A stretch of 64,000 bases of DNA, taken from Patescibacteria group bacterium (GTDB lineage: Bacteria; Patescibacteriota; Patescibacteriia; JAHIZJ01). Location: positions 100,940 to 164,939 of the forward strand of contig JBAZLK010000001.1 of assembly GCA_041650335.1 (NCBI GenBank), in the 5' to 3' direction. The notes under the pieces were generated by a model. The model ran no database searches. It worked only from the letters and a program-made list of their open reading frames with translations, and was not told the DNA's origin. Positions within the stretch are counted from its first letter, which is position 1, and the number at the start of each line of letters is the position of its first letter. Positions 50,386 to 60,361 of the stretch are shown here, piece by piece. A program made the position numbers and the translations under genes.

Positions 50386-50718
50386 ATGAATAATAAACCG
50401 AAAAAATTACTATGGCTTGGGATCATAGTATTTATTATTTTAATCGGTTATATCGGCATTATTGTGGCGCATGGTTTTCCAGATGTTTCGTCGGGCGTTA
50501 CGTTTGCGGCAGACGAAACTCAATGGATCAGAGGATTGCAACAAGATGCCGGTATGCATTTCGATCACCCGCTACAACAACTACTTACGTATCATTTTCA
50601 GGTCACCGAAAAAACAGGCGACTGCTTTATCGTAACCGGACAGACATTTTACGGAATCCCTCTGGAACGGGCGCAGATGTGTAACGGTTCAATCCTAACT
50701 TTACCTTTAGCTGATTAA
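50386..50718 (+). CDS. Hypothetical small membrane-anchored protein
   Basis: ORF with TM helix LLWLGIIVFIILIGYIGIIV; no Shine-Dalgarno motif. Confidence 0.4.
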   Translation: MNNKPKKLLWLGIIVFIILIGYIGIIVAHGFPDVSSGVTFAADETQWIRGLQQDAGMHFDHPLQQLLTYHFQVTEKTGDCFIVTGQTFYGIPLERAQMCNGSILTLPLAD

Positions 50719-50723
50719 GTTTC

Positions 50724-52169
50724 ATGACCGGAAAAAGATATTTCTCGGTAATAGTGCTGGCCAGCTTCCTGTGCCTTACGTTTCTCGTCCACTTCCGGGT
50801 ATTGAAGGTCTACTTTTTGTCAGATGATTTTGGTTATGTTTTATTGGCCAGAGACACCTCGGTAACCAAGAGCTTTAACTTAATCACGAAGGAACAAAAA
50901 CTCGGTTCCGGTTCGGGGCTGTATCGTCCAGCGGTCGATATGGCTTTTGTTTTTGCTTACCGAGTCTTCAAGGAAAATCCGGCCGGTTACCACGCCACCA
51001 GCCTCGTTTTTCACGCTCTGATTGCTTGGCTTTTTTACCTGCTGATATCAAGAATTAGCCGCCACCAGACGCTGGGTTTCTTAGCCGGCGCGCTATTTAT
51101 CGTTTATCCAATGAATCTAGAAAGCATTGCCTGGCTGTCTAATTGGACCACGCTCATATCCAGTTTGTTTATAATGCTGGCGCTTTATTTATATTGGGAA
51201 TACCGCACGAGAAAAAAAATATATTTGTTTTTTATAGTCCTGCTGGCCATGCTGTTATCCCTGCTGGCTAAAGAGACGGCGATTATTATGCCGTTTGTTT
51301 TAATTGTGCTTGACCTGGTCAGGGTTAAATTAAATGGACAAACGGCCAAGCGGGTAATAAAAAACTGGCTCAGTTATGCGACAAGCATAGTATTAGTCGG
51401 CCTGTTTTTTGCCTGGCGATTCGTCATGCTCAAAGGCCGGGGTGGCTACCGTACCTCCGATGGCGAATCGATCTATGGCGGTTTGACGCACGAAGAATTC
51501 ACCGGGTGGCTGACCTCGCTAAAATTATTCCTGTTTAATTATCTGAATAACGTGGTTTTCCGGTACCACAAACGGCTGGCCCTGATTTATTGGGCGGTGT
51601 TTGCCGTGGTAATTACATTGGCTATTCTCTATGTCCTGAACAAAAGAAAAGGCATTGGTTATGGCTGGCCGCTGTTCGGCCTGGGCTGGATATATATTTT
51701 CGCCTTGCCGGTGATTAACCTTATTAACGGCATTCACAAGGATTTGTCCGGTTCGCGTTATTTATATCTGCCAAGCCTGGGGTTCTGTCTCATTTTAGCT
51801 GCCCTGATTTTAGGCTTTGTTAACCGGCCGGAGAAAATAATGATTTATACTAAAGGGCTGCTGATCGGCCTATTTATCGCGGGCTTCAGCTTTTTGTCTT
51901 ATAAAAATCAGGTGCCCTGGCTGGAAGCCTCGGCCCAGGTCCGCGCCGTCGGCGATAAAGTGCTGGCCAGCGTTAAAGACCCGCCTAAAAAATCCGAATT
52001 TTATTTTAAAAACCTGCCGGACAATTGGGCCGGCGCTTACTCTCTGCGCAACGGCATCGAAAACTATCTGCTGCTTTTGTACGACAAATCGCCCAGATAC
52101 CTGACTGCAAAAAGGGTAGAGGAGTTTCCAGTGCAGAAGAGCGGAAAAAGCATGTACTTTTTTGAGTAA
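50724..52169 (+). CDS. Polytopic membrane protein, GT-C-fold glycosyltransferase-like (PMT/ArnT-like)
   Basis: About 11 TM helices with an acidic SDDFGY motif in the first loop; 481 aa. Confidence 0.45.
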   Translation: MTGKRYFSVIVLASFLCLTFLVHFRVLKVYFLSDDFGYVLLARDTSVTKSFNLITKEQKLGSGSGLYRPAVDMAFVFAYRVFKENPAGYHATSLVFHALIAWLFYLLISRISRHQTLGFLAGALFIVYPMNLESIAWLSNWTTLISSLFIMLALYLYWEYRTRKKIYLFFIVLLAMLLSLLAKETAIIMPFVLIVLDLVRVKLNGQTAKRVIKNWLSYATSIVLVGLFFAWRFVMLKGRGGYRTSDGESIYGGLTHEEFTGWLTSLKLFLFNYLNNVVFRYHKRLALIYWAVFAVVITLAILYVLNKRKGIGYGWPLFGLGWIYIFALPVINLINGIHKDLSGSRYLYLPSLGFCLILAALILGFVNRPEKIMIYTKGLLIGLFIAGFSFLSYKNQVPWLEASAQVRAVGDKVLASVKDPPKKSEFYFKNLPDNWAGAYSLRNGIENYLLLLYDKSPRYLTAKRVEEFPVQKSGKSMYFFE

Positions 52170-52304
52170 GGTCGCGCTTCTTCCGCGTCCAGTCCAGGCA
52201 TGAAAATATTTTTCAAACGCCGCAAACGGTCCCAGTGGCCGGGTTTACCTAAGTAAAAAAATCGGTTACAATGTAAGGGTGTTTTTTAATTCTAGGCCAA
52301 ACAA

Positions 52305-53456
52305 ATGCGCATCGGTATTGTCACACAAGCGTATTTTCCGATCCATGGCGGCGTAACAGAAAACGCGCACCATACCGCGCTTGAGCTGGAAAAACTCGGC
52401 CATGACGTGACGATTATTACGGCGAATGTTAACCGGGACGATCGGAAATTTGACCACCGGCGGCTGCGACGGGTGGGTTTTGACGTGACGATACCGGCGA
52501 ACGGCGCGTTCGGCAATATCACGGTGGGTTTTAAGCTGCCGCGGGAGCTCCGGGCGATTGAACGCGAGAAAAAGTTTGATCTCGTCCAGATCCACTCGCC
52601 GATGGACCCAGTTCTGCCGCTCGTCGCCCTGAAGGTGTTCTCGGCGCCGAAGGTCGGCACCTTCCATACCTATATGGATTCATCGGTCGGTTTGACGTTG
52701 TTCCGAAAGCCGCTGCAATGGTATTTTGACCGCTTGTCCGGCCGGATCGCCGTCTCGACAGCGGCTGAGAAATTCGCGCAGAAATATTTCCCCGCCGACT
52801 ACCGAGTCATTCCAAACGGCGTGGATATCGACCGCTTCAATCCTTCGGTGAAGCCATTGGAAAAATACCAGGATGGATACACGAACATTCTTTTCGTCGG
52901 CCGGCTGGAGCCGCGCAAAGGGTTGAAATTTCTCATCCAAGCCATGCCGATCGTCCTGGCGGCCATACCGAAGGCGCGTTTAATCGTGGTCGGCGGCGGC
53001 GTCCTTCGGGAATATTATCGCCGTTTTGTCATGGATGAGATAGCCGATCGCGTCATCTTTACCGGTTTTGTCCCGGCCGAGGATCTGCCGCGCTATTACC
53101 GGACCGCCGATCTGTGCGTCTCACCGGCCACGCAAGGGGAAAGCTTTGGGATTGTCTTGATCGAAGCCATGTCCGCCGGCAAGCCGATCGTAGCCTCGGA
53201 CATCGAAGGGTACAATACCGTGATCAATGACGGCCACGAGGGCTTTCTCGTGCCGAAGGAACACCCGTTGAAACTGGCCGAGAAGATTATCGAACTGATC
53301 CAGAACAAACCGTTGCGGCTGGCCATGGGCCAGCGGGGGAGAGAAAAGGCGCTTGGTTATTCGTGGCCAAAGGTCACCAGCCAGATTATTCGATATTTTG
53401 AAGAAATACTCGGCCAGAAAGGCAAACCATCACGAAAAATGGCTAGCCGTCGGTAA
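52305..53456 (+). CDS. Glycosyltransferase family 4 (GT-B fold)
   Basis: EAMSAGKPIVASDIEGY and FVGRLEPRKG motifs. Confidence 0.8.
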   Translation: MRIGIVTQAYFPIHGGVTENAHHTALELEKLGHDVTIITANVNRDDRKFDHRRLRRVGFDVTIPANGAFGNITVGFKLPRELRAIEREKKFDLVQIHSPMDPVLPLVALKVFSAPKVGTFHTYMDSSVGLTLFRKPLQWYFDRLSGRIAVSTAAEKFAQKYFPADYRVIPNGVDIDRFNPSVKPLEKYQDGYTNILFVGRLEPRKGLKFLIQAMPIVLAAIPKARLIVVGGGVLREYYRRFVMDEIADRVIFTGFVPAEDLPRYYRTADLCVSPATQGESFGIVLIEAMSAGKPIVASDIEGYNTVINDGHEGFLVPKEHPLKLAEKIIELIQNKPLRLAMGQRGREKALGYSWPKVTSQIIRYFEEILGQKGKPSRKMASRR

Positions 53457-53483
53457 AAGAGGCGATATATCAATAATTCTTGA

Positions 53484-53520
53484 CCGGGGGCTTGACACCC
53501 CTTTTTTGTTGGGGTATTCT
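53484..53520 (+). promoter_or_regulatory. Terminator hairpin GGGGG-cttgaca-CCCC-T6 whose loop carries the -35 TTGACA of the hrcA promoter (TTGACA-N17-TATTCT)
   Basis: Overlapping terminator and promoter architecture read directly from the sequence. Confidence 0.5.
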
Positions 53521-53524
53521 AGAT

Positions 53525-53551
53525 TTAGCACTCGATGAAATAGAGTGCTAA
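53525..53551 (+). promoter_or_regulatory. CIRCE operator TTAGCACTC-N9-GAGTGCTAA (HrcA binding site)
   Basis: Perfect match to the CIRCE consensus, 10 nt upstream of the hrcA ATG. Confidence 0.9.
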
Positions 53552-53561
53552 TTGCAAAACT

Positions 53562-54260
53562 ATGACAGAACGGACCCAAAGGCTCTTACGGGCAATTATT
53601 ACCGAATATATTCAAAATCCCCATCCGATCGGCTCTCATGTTATTGTTGAAAAATATCTGAAGGACGTCAGCTCGGCCACGATCCGGAATGATATGGCGC
53701 GGCTGGAGGAACAGGGTTTTATCGAACAGCCCCACACCTCGGCCGGCCGCGTGCCGACGATCAAGGCATATGAATACTATGTGGCGAATTTCCTGTCTCA
53801 GCCGGAACTCGACAAAGCGGAACAGCAAAAATTGCGCCGGGTGTTGGCCCAGCATCACGGGGAAGCGGCCCAACTCATCCGCGAACTGGCCAAGGCGGTT
53901 GCAGACGTCAGCTTGTCGGCGGTCTTCGTCGGATTTTCGCCCCGGGACGCGTATTACACCGGCTTATCCAATCTGTTTCGTCAGCCGGAGTTTTCCGAGA
54001 TTGATCTGGTCCAGAATTTTTCCGAAATCGTCGACCACCTCGACGAGGTAATGGAAGACTTATTCCCCCGGGTGACTGACCGAGTTGAGATCCTGCTCGG
54101 CAAACACAATCCGTTTGGAACCACCTGCGGCGCGCTCGTGACAAAATACACACTCGGTAAGAATCAAAACGGCATGTTTGGCATTCTCGGACCGATCCGG
54201 ATGCCCTATGACCGCCATCGTGCCCTGCTTGAATACACTTGTAGCTTACTTCATAAATAG
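53562..54260 (+). CDS. hrcA: Heat-inducible transcription repressor HrcA (short form)
   Basis: N-terminal winged helix ERTQRLLRAIITEYI; sits next to CIRCE and grpE. Confidence 0.85.
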   Translation: MTERTQRLLRAIITEYIQNPHPIGSHVIVEKYLKDVSSATIRNDMARLEEQGFIEQPHTSAGRVPTIKAYEYYVANFLSQPELDKAEQQKLRRVLAQHHGEAAQLIRELAKAVADVSLSAVFVGFSPRDAYYTGLSNLFRQPEFSEIDLVQNFSEIVDHLDEVMEDLFPRVTDRVEILLGKHNPFGTTCGALVTKYTLGKNQNGMFGILGPIRMPYDRHRALLEYTCSLLHK

Positions 54261-54268
54261 CATCATTC

Positions 54269-54796
54269 ATGACAGATCAGAAAAGCCAACCGTCACCGTC
54301 CGATAATCGGCCCAACGAGACAGCCCAAACCGAGGCTGATCGCTTGCGGCAGCAGGCGGAGGAATATTTGAACGGTTGGAAACGGGCCAAGGCCGACTAC
54401 GCCAATTTGCAGAAAGAAACGGAACGCCGGCAAAGCGAGTTTATCCAATTTGCCAATGCCGCATTAATTCACGAACTCTTACCGCTGATCGATCATTTCA
54501 AGCAAGCATTTATGCATCTGCCGGCGGAACTCAATGATTCCGAGTGGGTGAAAGGAATCCGGCACATTCAGACGCACTTAAATAAAATATTGGCTGAACA
54601 CGGCATCCAGGAAATACGCACCGTCGGCGAGAAATTTGACCCGACGCGGCACGAGGCAATCGAGGAAGTTGACAGCGATCAGCCGGCCGGAACAATTATT
54701 GAAGAGCTGAAAACCGGCTTCCTGCTGCACGAGCGTGTACTTCAGGCCGCCCGGGTGAAGATAGCAAAGTCTCATAAAGAAAAACATAATAATTAA
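54269..54796 (+). CDS. grpE: Nucleotide exchange factor GrpE
   Basis: Conserved GrpE coiled-coil and C-terminal domain. Confidence 0.85.
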   Translation: MTDQKSQPSPSDNRPNETAQTEADRLRQQAEEYLNGWKRAKADYANLQKETERRQSEFIQFANAALIHELLPLIDHFKQAFMHLPAELNDSEWVKGIRHIQTHLNKILAEHGIQEIRTVGEKFDPTRHEAIEEVDSDQPAGTIIEELKTGFLLHERVLQAARVKIAKSHKEKHNN

Positions 54797-54814
54797 CCCA
54801 AGGAGAAAACACCT

Positions 54815-55246
54815 ATGGCAATGATTCGATGGCGTCCGCTGCTCGAGCCAGGCGATGATATGGAGCGCTGGCTGGAGGAATTCACGCCGTTCCACCGCGG
54901 TGCTTTCGTCCCGGCGATCGACGTCTATCAGACAAAAGACGCCGTCGTGGTCGAAACCACCCTCGCGGGCGTCCGACCCGAAGACGTCAATATCTCGATT
55001 GAAAACGACATCATGACGATCGAGGGCAGTATGGAAAAAAAGAGCGAAGTTGAAGACAAGGAATATTACCGCAAGGAAATCCGGTCCGGTTCATTCCACC
55101 GCTCGGTCGCCCTGCCGGCGGCGGTGAAAGGCGATAAGGCGCAGGCGGTCTATGACAACGGCGTCCTCAAGATCACCGTTCCGAAAGAAGAGCGCGTCAA
55201 GCCGAAAACGGTCAAGGTCCAGGTAAAATCAAGCCCAAAGAAATAG
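54815..55246 (+). CDS. Small heat-shock protein (Hsp20/alpha-crystallin)
   Basis: Alpha-crystallin domain (AIDVYQTKDAVVV..GVLKITVPK). Confidence 0.85.
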   Translation: MAMIRWRPLLEPGDDMERWLEEFTPFHRGAFVPAIDVYQTKDAVVVETTLAGVRPEDVNISIENDIMTIEGSMEKKSEVEDKEYYRKEIRSGSFHRSVALPAAVKGDKAQAVYDNGVLKITVPKEERVKPKTVKVQVKSSPKK

Positions 55247-55539
55247 TCGTTCAATAGCCCTTCCCGTTTCATGTTCTATGAAAGGGAGGGGCGACCGGAT
55301 GATTATTAACAGCCAAGACAATGAAAAAATCAACAGGCAGCTGGAAAAAAGAGCGGACCACCGGCCGCAAATACAGCCATTCGGACGCCCACCGAGAGCC
55401 GCGGGCCCGCACCCGGAGCAAAATCTGGGTATCTGGCTACAGCGTCAAAGGCGGCCAGATTGACGGCTATTTCCGGGCCAATCCCAATTTTAAAAAATCT
55501 GCAAAATAACAGCTAACGAGCATTAAGGAGAATTAAGCA

Positions 55540-57450
55540 ATGTCAAAGATTTTAGGTATCGATTTAGGCACGACTAATTCCGCCATGGCGATCGTCGAGG
55601 GCGGCAAGCCGAAAATCCTCGAAAACCGCGAAGGCGCGCGCACCACGCCGTCCGTCGTGGCTATTTCGAAGAGCGGCGAACGGCTGGTCGGCATGACCGC
55701 GAAACGGCAGGCTGTGACCAACGCAGCAAACACCATTTTTTCAATCAAACGGCTGATCGGCCGGCGGTTTGAAGACGCCGAAGTCCAGCGCGACTTGAAA
55801 ACCCTGCCCTACAAAATAAAGCAATCTGGCCAGGGCGTGGTCGTCGAAATGAGCGGGAAGGAATACTCGCCGCAGGAAATCTCGGCTATGATTTTACAAA
55901 AGCTCAAAGCCGATGCCGAGGAAAAGCTCGGCGAAACGATCACGGACGCGGTCATCACCGTGCCGGCGTATTTCGACGATGCCCAGCGCCAGGCCACGAA
56001 GGACGCGGGCAAGATCGCTGGATTAAACGTGAAGCGGATTATCAATGAACCGACGGCCGCGGCCTTGGCTTACGGTTTTGACAAGAAAAAGAACGAACAA
56101 ATCGCCGTGTACGATCTGGGCGGCGGCACGTTTGATATCTCGATTCTCGACGTCACCGGCGACACGGTCCAGGTGCTGGCCACGAACGGCGACACCCATC
56201 TCGGTGGCGACGATTTCGACAAACTCATTATCGATTGGATTATCGCCCAATATAAGCGGGAAGAGGGCATTGACCTGTCTAAAGACCAACTGGCCCTCCA
56301 GCGCTTGAAAGAAGCGGCTGAGAAAGCGAAACACGAGCTTTCAACCGCCACTGAAACGGAAATCAACCAGCCGTTTATCACCCAGGACTCTTCGGGACCG
56401 AAGCACCTGGTCATGAAAATGACCCGGGCCAAGCTGGAAGAGCTGGTCGGCGAGCTGGTGGAAAAAACGCTTGAGCCGGTGAAGAAAGCCCTCGAGGACG
56501 CGAAACTAAAAACCTCCGAGATCGAAGAAGTTGTCATGGTCGGCGGGATGACCCGCATGCCGCTCGTGGTCCAGACCGTGGAAAAATTCTTTGGCAAGAA
56601 ACCGCATATGGGTGTGAATCCGGACGAGGTGGTCGCCGTCGGCGCGGCGGTCCAGGCCGGCGTGCTCCAGGGCGACGTGAAAGACGTGCTCCTGCTCGAC
56701 GTCACGCCGCTGACCTTCGGCATTGAGACATTGGGCGGTGTACGCACGCCCTTGATCGAGCGCAACACCACCATCCCGACGGCGAAAACGCAGGTCTTCT
56801 CGACCGCGGCTGACAATCAGCCGAGCGTGGAAATCCACGTACTCCAGGGCGAGCGCGAAATGGCCAGTGACAACAAGACCCTTGGCCGGTTCATTCTCGA
56901 CGGCATCCCGCCGGCGCCCCGGGGCGTCCCGCAGGTCGAAGTTACCTTTGACATCGACGCGAACGGCATCCTGAACGTCACGGCCAAGGACAAGGCCACG
57001 AACAAATCGCAGAAGATAACGATCACCGCCTCGACGGGATTAAGCAAGGAAGAGGTCGAGAAAATGCAAAAAGACGCCGAAGCCCACGCGGCTGATGATA
57101 AGAAAAAGCGCGAACTGATCGACGCTCGCAACATGGCCGACACCCTCATTTACACAACCGAAAAGGCCTTGCGCGACGCCAAGGACAAGGTGAAAGACGA
57201 AGACAAGAAAGACATTGAAACCAAGCTTGAGGCGTTGAAGAAAGTGAAAGACCACGACAGCCTCGAGGATATCAAGAAAGCCACGGACGAATTGAGCCAG
57301 GCGATTCAGAAGATCGGTTCAGCCCTCTATGGCGACAAGCCTGGCACTCAAAAACCAGGCGAAGATGAAAAGTCCGCCAAAGGCGGATCCGCTTCTGGCG
57401 GAAAAAAGAACGAGGGGCCGGTTGAGGGGGAAGTGGAGGATAAGAAGTAA
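55540..57450 (+). CDS. dnaK: Chaperone DnaK (Hsp70)
   Basis: [16 protein letters not shown] and VLLLDVTPL motifs. Confidence 0.95.
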   Translation: MSKILGIDLGTTNSAMAIVEGGKPKILENREGARTTPSVVAISKSGERLVGMTAKRQAVTNAANTIFSIKRLIGRRFEDAEVQRDLKTLPYKIKQSGQGVVVEMSGKEYSPQEISAMILQKLKADAEEKLGETITDAVITVPAYFDDAQRQATKDAGKIAGLNVKRIINEPTAAALAYGFDKKKNEQIAVYDLGGGTFDISILDVTGDTVQVLATNGDTHLGGDDFDKLIIDWIIAQYKREEGIDLSKDQLALQRLKEAAEKAKHELSTATETEINQPFITQDSSGPKHLVMKMTRAKLEELVGELVEKTLEPVKKALEDAKLKTSEIEEVVMVGGMTRMPLVVQTVEKFFGKKPHMGVNPDEVVAVGAAVQAGVLQGDVKDVLLLDVTPLTFGIETLGGVRTPLIERNTTIPTAKTQVFSTAADNQPSVEIHVLQGEREMASDNKTLGRFILDGIPPAPRGVPQVEVTFDIDANGILNVTAKDKATNKSQKITITASTGLSKEEVEKMQKDAEAHAADDKKKRELIDARNMADTLIYTTEKALRDAKDKVKDEDKKDIETKLEALKKVKDHDSLEDIKKATDELSQAIQKIGSALYGDKPGTQKPGEDEKSAKGGSASGGKKNEGPVEGEVEDKK

Positions 57451-57464
57451 GTTGACATAAACCC

Positions 57465-57655
57465 AACGTAGGCGACCCTTACTTGTCCGCCTCTGGTGGA
57501 AGGGCCGCCTACATGCAGGCGGACAAACCTTGTCCCGTCGAAGGACGGGAGTTGCCCGCCTACGAGAGTGATTATTACCTTGTCACCCTGAACTTGTTTC
57601 AGGGTCTCCACAACAATGCGCGGGTTTATGAGATGCCGAAACAAGTTCGGCATGA
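57465..57655 (+). ncRNA. Candidate structured RNA element: nested and alternative hairpins (GTAGGCG/CGCCTAC[G] three times, TTGTCCGCCT/AGGCGGACAA, TCCCGTC-gaag-GACGGGA, CCCTGAA-cttgtt-TCAGGG, GCCGAA-acaag-TTCGGC)
   Basis: Several perfect 6-10-bp inverted repeats, some mutually exclusive, in a 260-nt non-coding gap; no ORF with a Shine-Dalgarno motif. Confidence 0.35.
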
Positions 57656-57711
57656 CAGTTCGGGAATGAAAACCGACAAAAAACCGTGTTGGAATCATTA
57701 ACAACAATACT

Positions 57712-58026
57712 ATGCCCAATCAACCCCAACCCAACCAACAATCAAACTCCCGCCAGATCCAGATCAAGGTCACGGATGACGTGATGCGCGGAGTGTACGC
57801 GAACGCAATGTCCGTGGTACACTCAAAGGAGGAATTCACGCTCGACTTCATGAACATCTACCCGCACCAGGGCGCTGGCATCGTGACCGGCCGGATTATC
57901 ATTTCCCCGGGGCACATGAAGCGCATCCAGGCCGCGCTCCAGGACAATCTCAAGAAATACGAGAACCAATTCGGCAAGATCGAGGAAGCCCAGGCGCCGG
58001 AACCGATGGGTTTTAAGACTGCCTAA
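57712..58026 (+). CDS. DUF3467-like small protein
   Basis: VMRGVYANAMSVVHSKEEFTLDF...IIISPGHMKRIQAAL resembles the DUF3467 family from memory. Confidence 0.5.
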   Translation: MPNQPQPNQQSNSRQIQIKVTDDVMRGVYANAMSVVHSKEEFTLDFMNIYPHQGAGIVTGRIIISPGHMKRIQAALQDNLKKYENQFGKIEEAQAPEPMGFKTA

Positions 58027-58052
58027 GCAGGCAAATAACAAAAAGTACATCC

Positions 58053-59201
58053 ATGCGCACCCAAGAGATCGCGAAGTTGTCCGGTTTGAGCGCGGCGTCA
58101 TTTATCGCGGCGCTGATCGCCGGATTTTTGCTCGATAGCGTTTTTTCGAAACTCAACCTGACGCTGGCCGTGCCGTCAATCACCATTATCGTAAATTTTT
58201 TGTTGGCGCTGTTGTTTTACTTCTGGGCGATCGCGCTGTTCGGCATATTAGCGGCGCTGGAAAATCAGAAATCCTTTTTGCTCGGCCTTTCGATCGGCCT
58301 GCCGCTGACCATTTTTATCGCGCTAGGCGTGAATCTATACACGGCCATCGGCGCGGGCCTGTTGTTTATCGGTCTGATCCAATACGGTTTGAAAGTGCGG
58401 CAAGAGCGTCAGGACCGGCTGAAGGTCGGGATCAATAAATTTATTCGGCACGGCCTCGGTCCTTGTATCAGCACACTTCTGCTGGCCATTTCCCTGTGCT
58501 TTTATGGCGCAATCGCTACCCAGGGATCTGAGCAGCTCGATCCGGTGGTTGTCACCTCGCGCATGGCGGCGAACGGACTGAATCAATATTTGACGATGAA
58601 GCTAAAAGGGTATGATCCGGACATGTCCGTCGACGAGTTCGTTTTTCTCATTGTTACCCAAGATATCCAGCCGGCCAAGGAAGTAAACGCCCAAACAGTC
58701 CCGGGTTTGCCGGCCGCTGACAAGGGCGATACGTTTTTCGGGATCGACATCAACGAGCTGACCAAAGACCTGCAAAACATACCGATCGATGAAATAAAGC
58801 AAAAACTGCCGCCTGACTATCTTGAGCGGATCCAGCAGGACCCGGCCTATGTCCAACAGATCTTTCAGACGTTCCAGAGCGATGTGATCGGCCAGCAAAT
58901 TGCCATTTCCCGGGATAATTTACTGAAGACGCTCCATGTCCAGGCCGAGGGAACGGATCCGATCGGCACGGTTTTGGAAAAGGTGATCGCGGTCCAGTTA
59001 AATGATTTGTTCCGGCCGTTCAAATACCTGCTCCCGCCGATTCTGGCCCTGACCCTGTATTTCGCCTTGCAGATATTTGGCTTCATCTACAGCTGGATTG
59101 TCCACCTCTTCGCCCTGGCGGCGTATTATATCCTAAAATGGCTGAACTTCTTCCAGATCAAACGGGAAAAGAAAGACGCGGAAGTGATCAGTATAAGCTA
59201 G
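58053..59201 (+). CDS. Hypothetical polytopic membrane protein inserted between dnaK and dnaJ
   Basis: Four N-terminal TM helices, a roughly 170-aa soluble middle and two C-terminal TM helices. Confidence 0.5.
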   Translation: MRTQEIAKLSGLSAASFIAALIAGFLLDSVFSKLNLTLAVPSITIIVNFLLALLFYFWAIALFGILAALENQKSFLLGLSIGLPLTIFIALGVNLYTAIGAGLLFIGLIQYGLKVRQERQDRLKVGINKFIRHGLGPCISTLLLAISLCFYGAIATQGSEQLDPVVVTSRMAANGLNQYLTMKLKGYDPDMSVDEFVFLIVTQDIQPAKEVNAQTVPGLPAADKGDTFFGIDINELTKDLQNIPIDEIKQKLPPDYLERIQQDPAYVQQIFQTFQSDVIGQQIAISRDNLLKTLHVQAEGTDPIGTVLEKVIAVQLNDLFRPFKYLLPPILALTLYFALQIFGFIYSWIVHLFALAAYYILKWLNFFQIKREKKDAEVISIS

Positions 59202-59204
59202 CTT

Positions 59205-60299
59205 ATGTCAAAAGATTACTATGAAATATTAGGCGTGGCGCGCGACGCTTCAGCGGCTGAAATAAAGGCCGCCTACCACAAACTCGCCCACCAACACCAT
59301 CCGGACAAAGCCGGCGGGGATGAAGCGAAATTCAAGGAAATCAACGAGGCGTACCAAGTACTCTCAAATTCCGAGAAGCGCCAGCGCTACGATCAATTCG
59401 GCCAGTCGTTCGACGGGTCGCAAGGTTTTAATTGGCAGGATTTCGCCCAGGGCGCGAACGGTTCCGGTGGGTATCGGACCAATGTCAATTTTGAGGATTT
59501 GGGTTTTGGCGACCTCGGCGACATTTTTGGGAGCTTTTTCGGCGGCGGCGGATCGCGCCGGACGCGGACGAAGCGCGGCAACGACCTTGAGGTCAGCGTG
59601 ACGCTGGATTTTAAGGAAGCTGTTTTTGGCACGACACAGACATTGCGGCTTTATAAAACCGTGATCTGCGATCATTGTTCGGGCAACGGCGCTGAACCGG
59701 GCACGAAGATCGAAACCTGCCCGACCTGCCATGGCGCCGGACAGGTCCAGCAAATACAGTCGACCGTGTTCGGACAATTCCGCACAGCGACGGTCTGCCC
59801 GGATTGCCGGGGCGAGGGCAAGCGCGCCAGCCAGAAATGCAAGAAATGTCACGGCAGCGGAACCATGAAAGACCATGAATCGCTCGAGGTAAAGATACCG
59901 GCTGGAATCGCCGACGGTCAGTCAATCCGCTTGTCCGGCCGGGGCGAAGCCGGCGCCCACGGTGGCGGGCTCGGTGATCTCTACATCCGGGTACGAGTCA
60001 GGGAGGATAAAGATTTTTCCCGCCAGGGCGATGACATACTCTCGACGCTCGAGATACCCTACACGATCGCTGCGCTAGGCGGCAAGGTCGACTTGCCGAC
60101 CGTTGATGGCGAGGTCAGATTAACCATACCGGCTGGCACGCCGTCGGGTAAAGTGTTTCGCGTGCGCGATCACGGGGTTCATCGACTCCACGGCCGCGGC
60201 CGAGGCGATCACCTCGTCACGGTCCACGTCCGGGTGCCAAAACACCTCTCCTCGCGGGCGAAGCAAATTCTCGAAGACCTGTCAGCGGAAGGGGAATAA
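59205..60299 (+). CDS. dnaJ: Chaperone DnaJ
   Basis: J-domain HPDK, a G/F region and a zinc finger of four CxxCxGxG repeats. Confidence 0.9.
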   Translation: MSKDYYEILGVARDASAAEIKAAYHKLAHQHHPDKAGGDEAKFKEINEAYQVLSNSEKRQRYDQFGQSFDGSQGFNWQDFAQGANGSGGYRTNVNFEDLGFGDLGDIFGSFFGGGGSRRTRTKRGNDLEVSVTLDFKEAVFGTTQTLRLYKTVICDHCSGNGAEPGTKIETCPTCHGAGQVQQIQSTVFGQFRTATVCPDCRGEGKRASQKCKKCHGSGTMKDHESLEVKIPAGIADGQSIRLSGRGEAGAHGGGLGDLYIRVRVREDKDFSRQGDDILSTLEIPYTIAALGGKVDLPTVDGEVRLTIPAGTPSGKVFRVRDHGVHRLHGRGRGDHLVTVHVRVPKHLSSRAKQILEDLSAEGE

Positions 60300-60361
60300 G
60301 GATTGTTGGCTTGGGTCGGCGGTGGTATACTGACGACAAGCAGACAATTCAATAACAAACA

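Noticed and set aside
56070-56816. 248-aa minus-strand ORF (plus 56506..56838 and 56817..57149)
   Set aside because: Antisense within dnaK; Ser/Thr/Pro-rich shadow frames.
57483-57701. 72-aa ORF inside the dnaK-downstream structured region
   Set aside because: No Shine-Dalgarno motif; the sequence is dominated by the inverted repeats, so the ORF is likely a consequence of RNA structure rather than coding.
59364-59925. Minus-strand ORFs of 170 and 104 aa
   Set aside because: Antisense within dnaJ.
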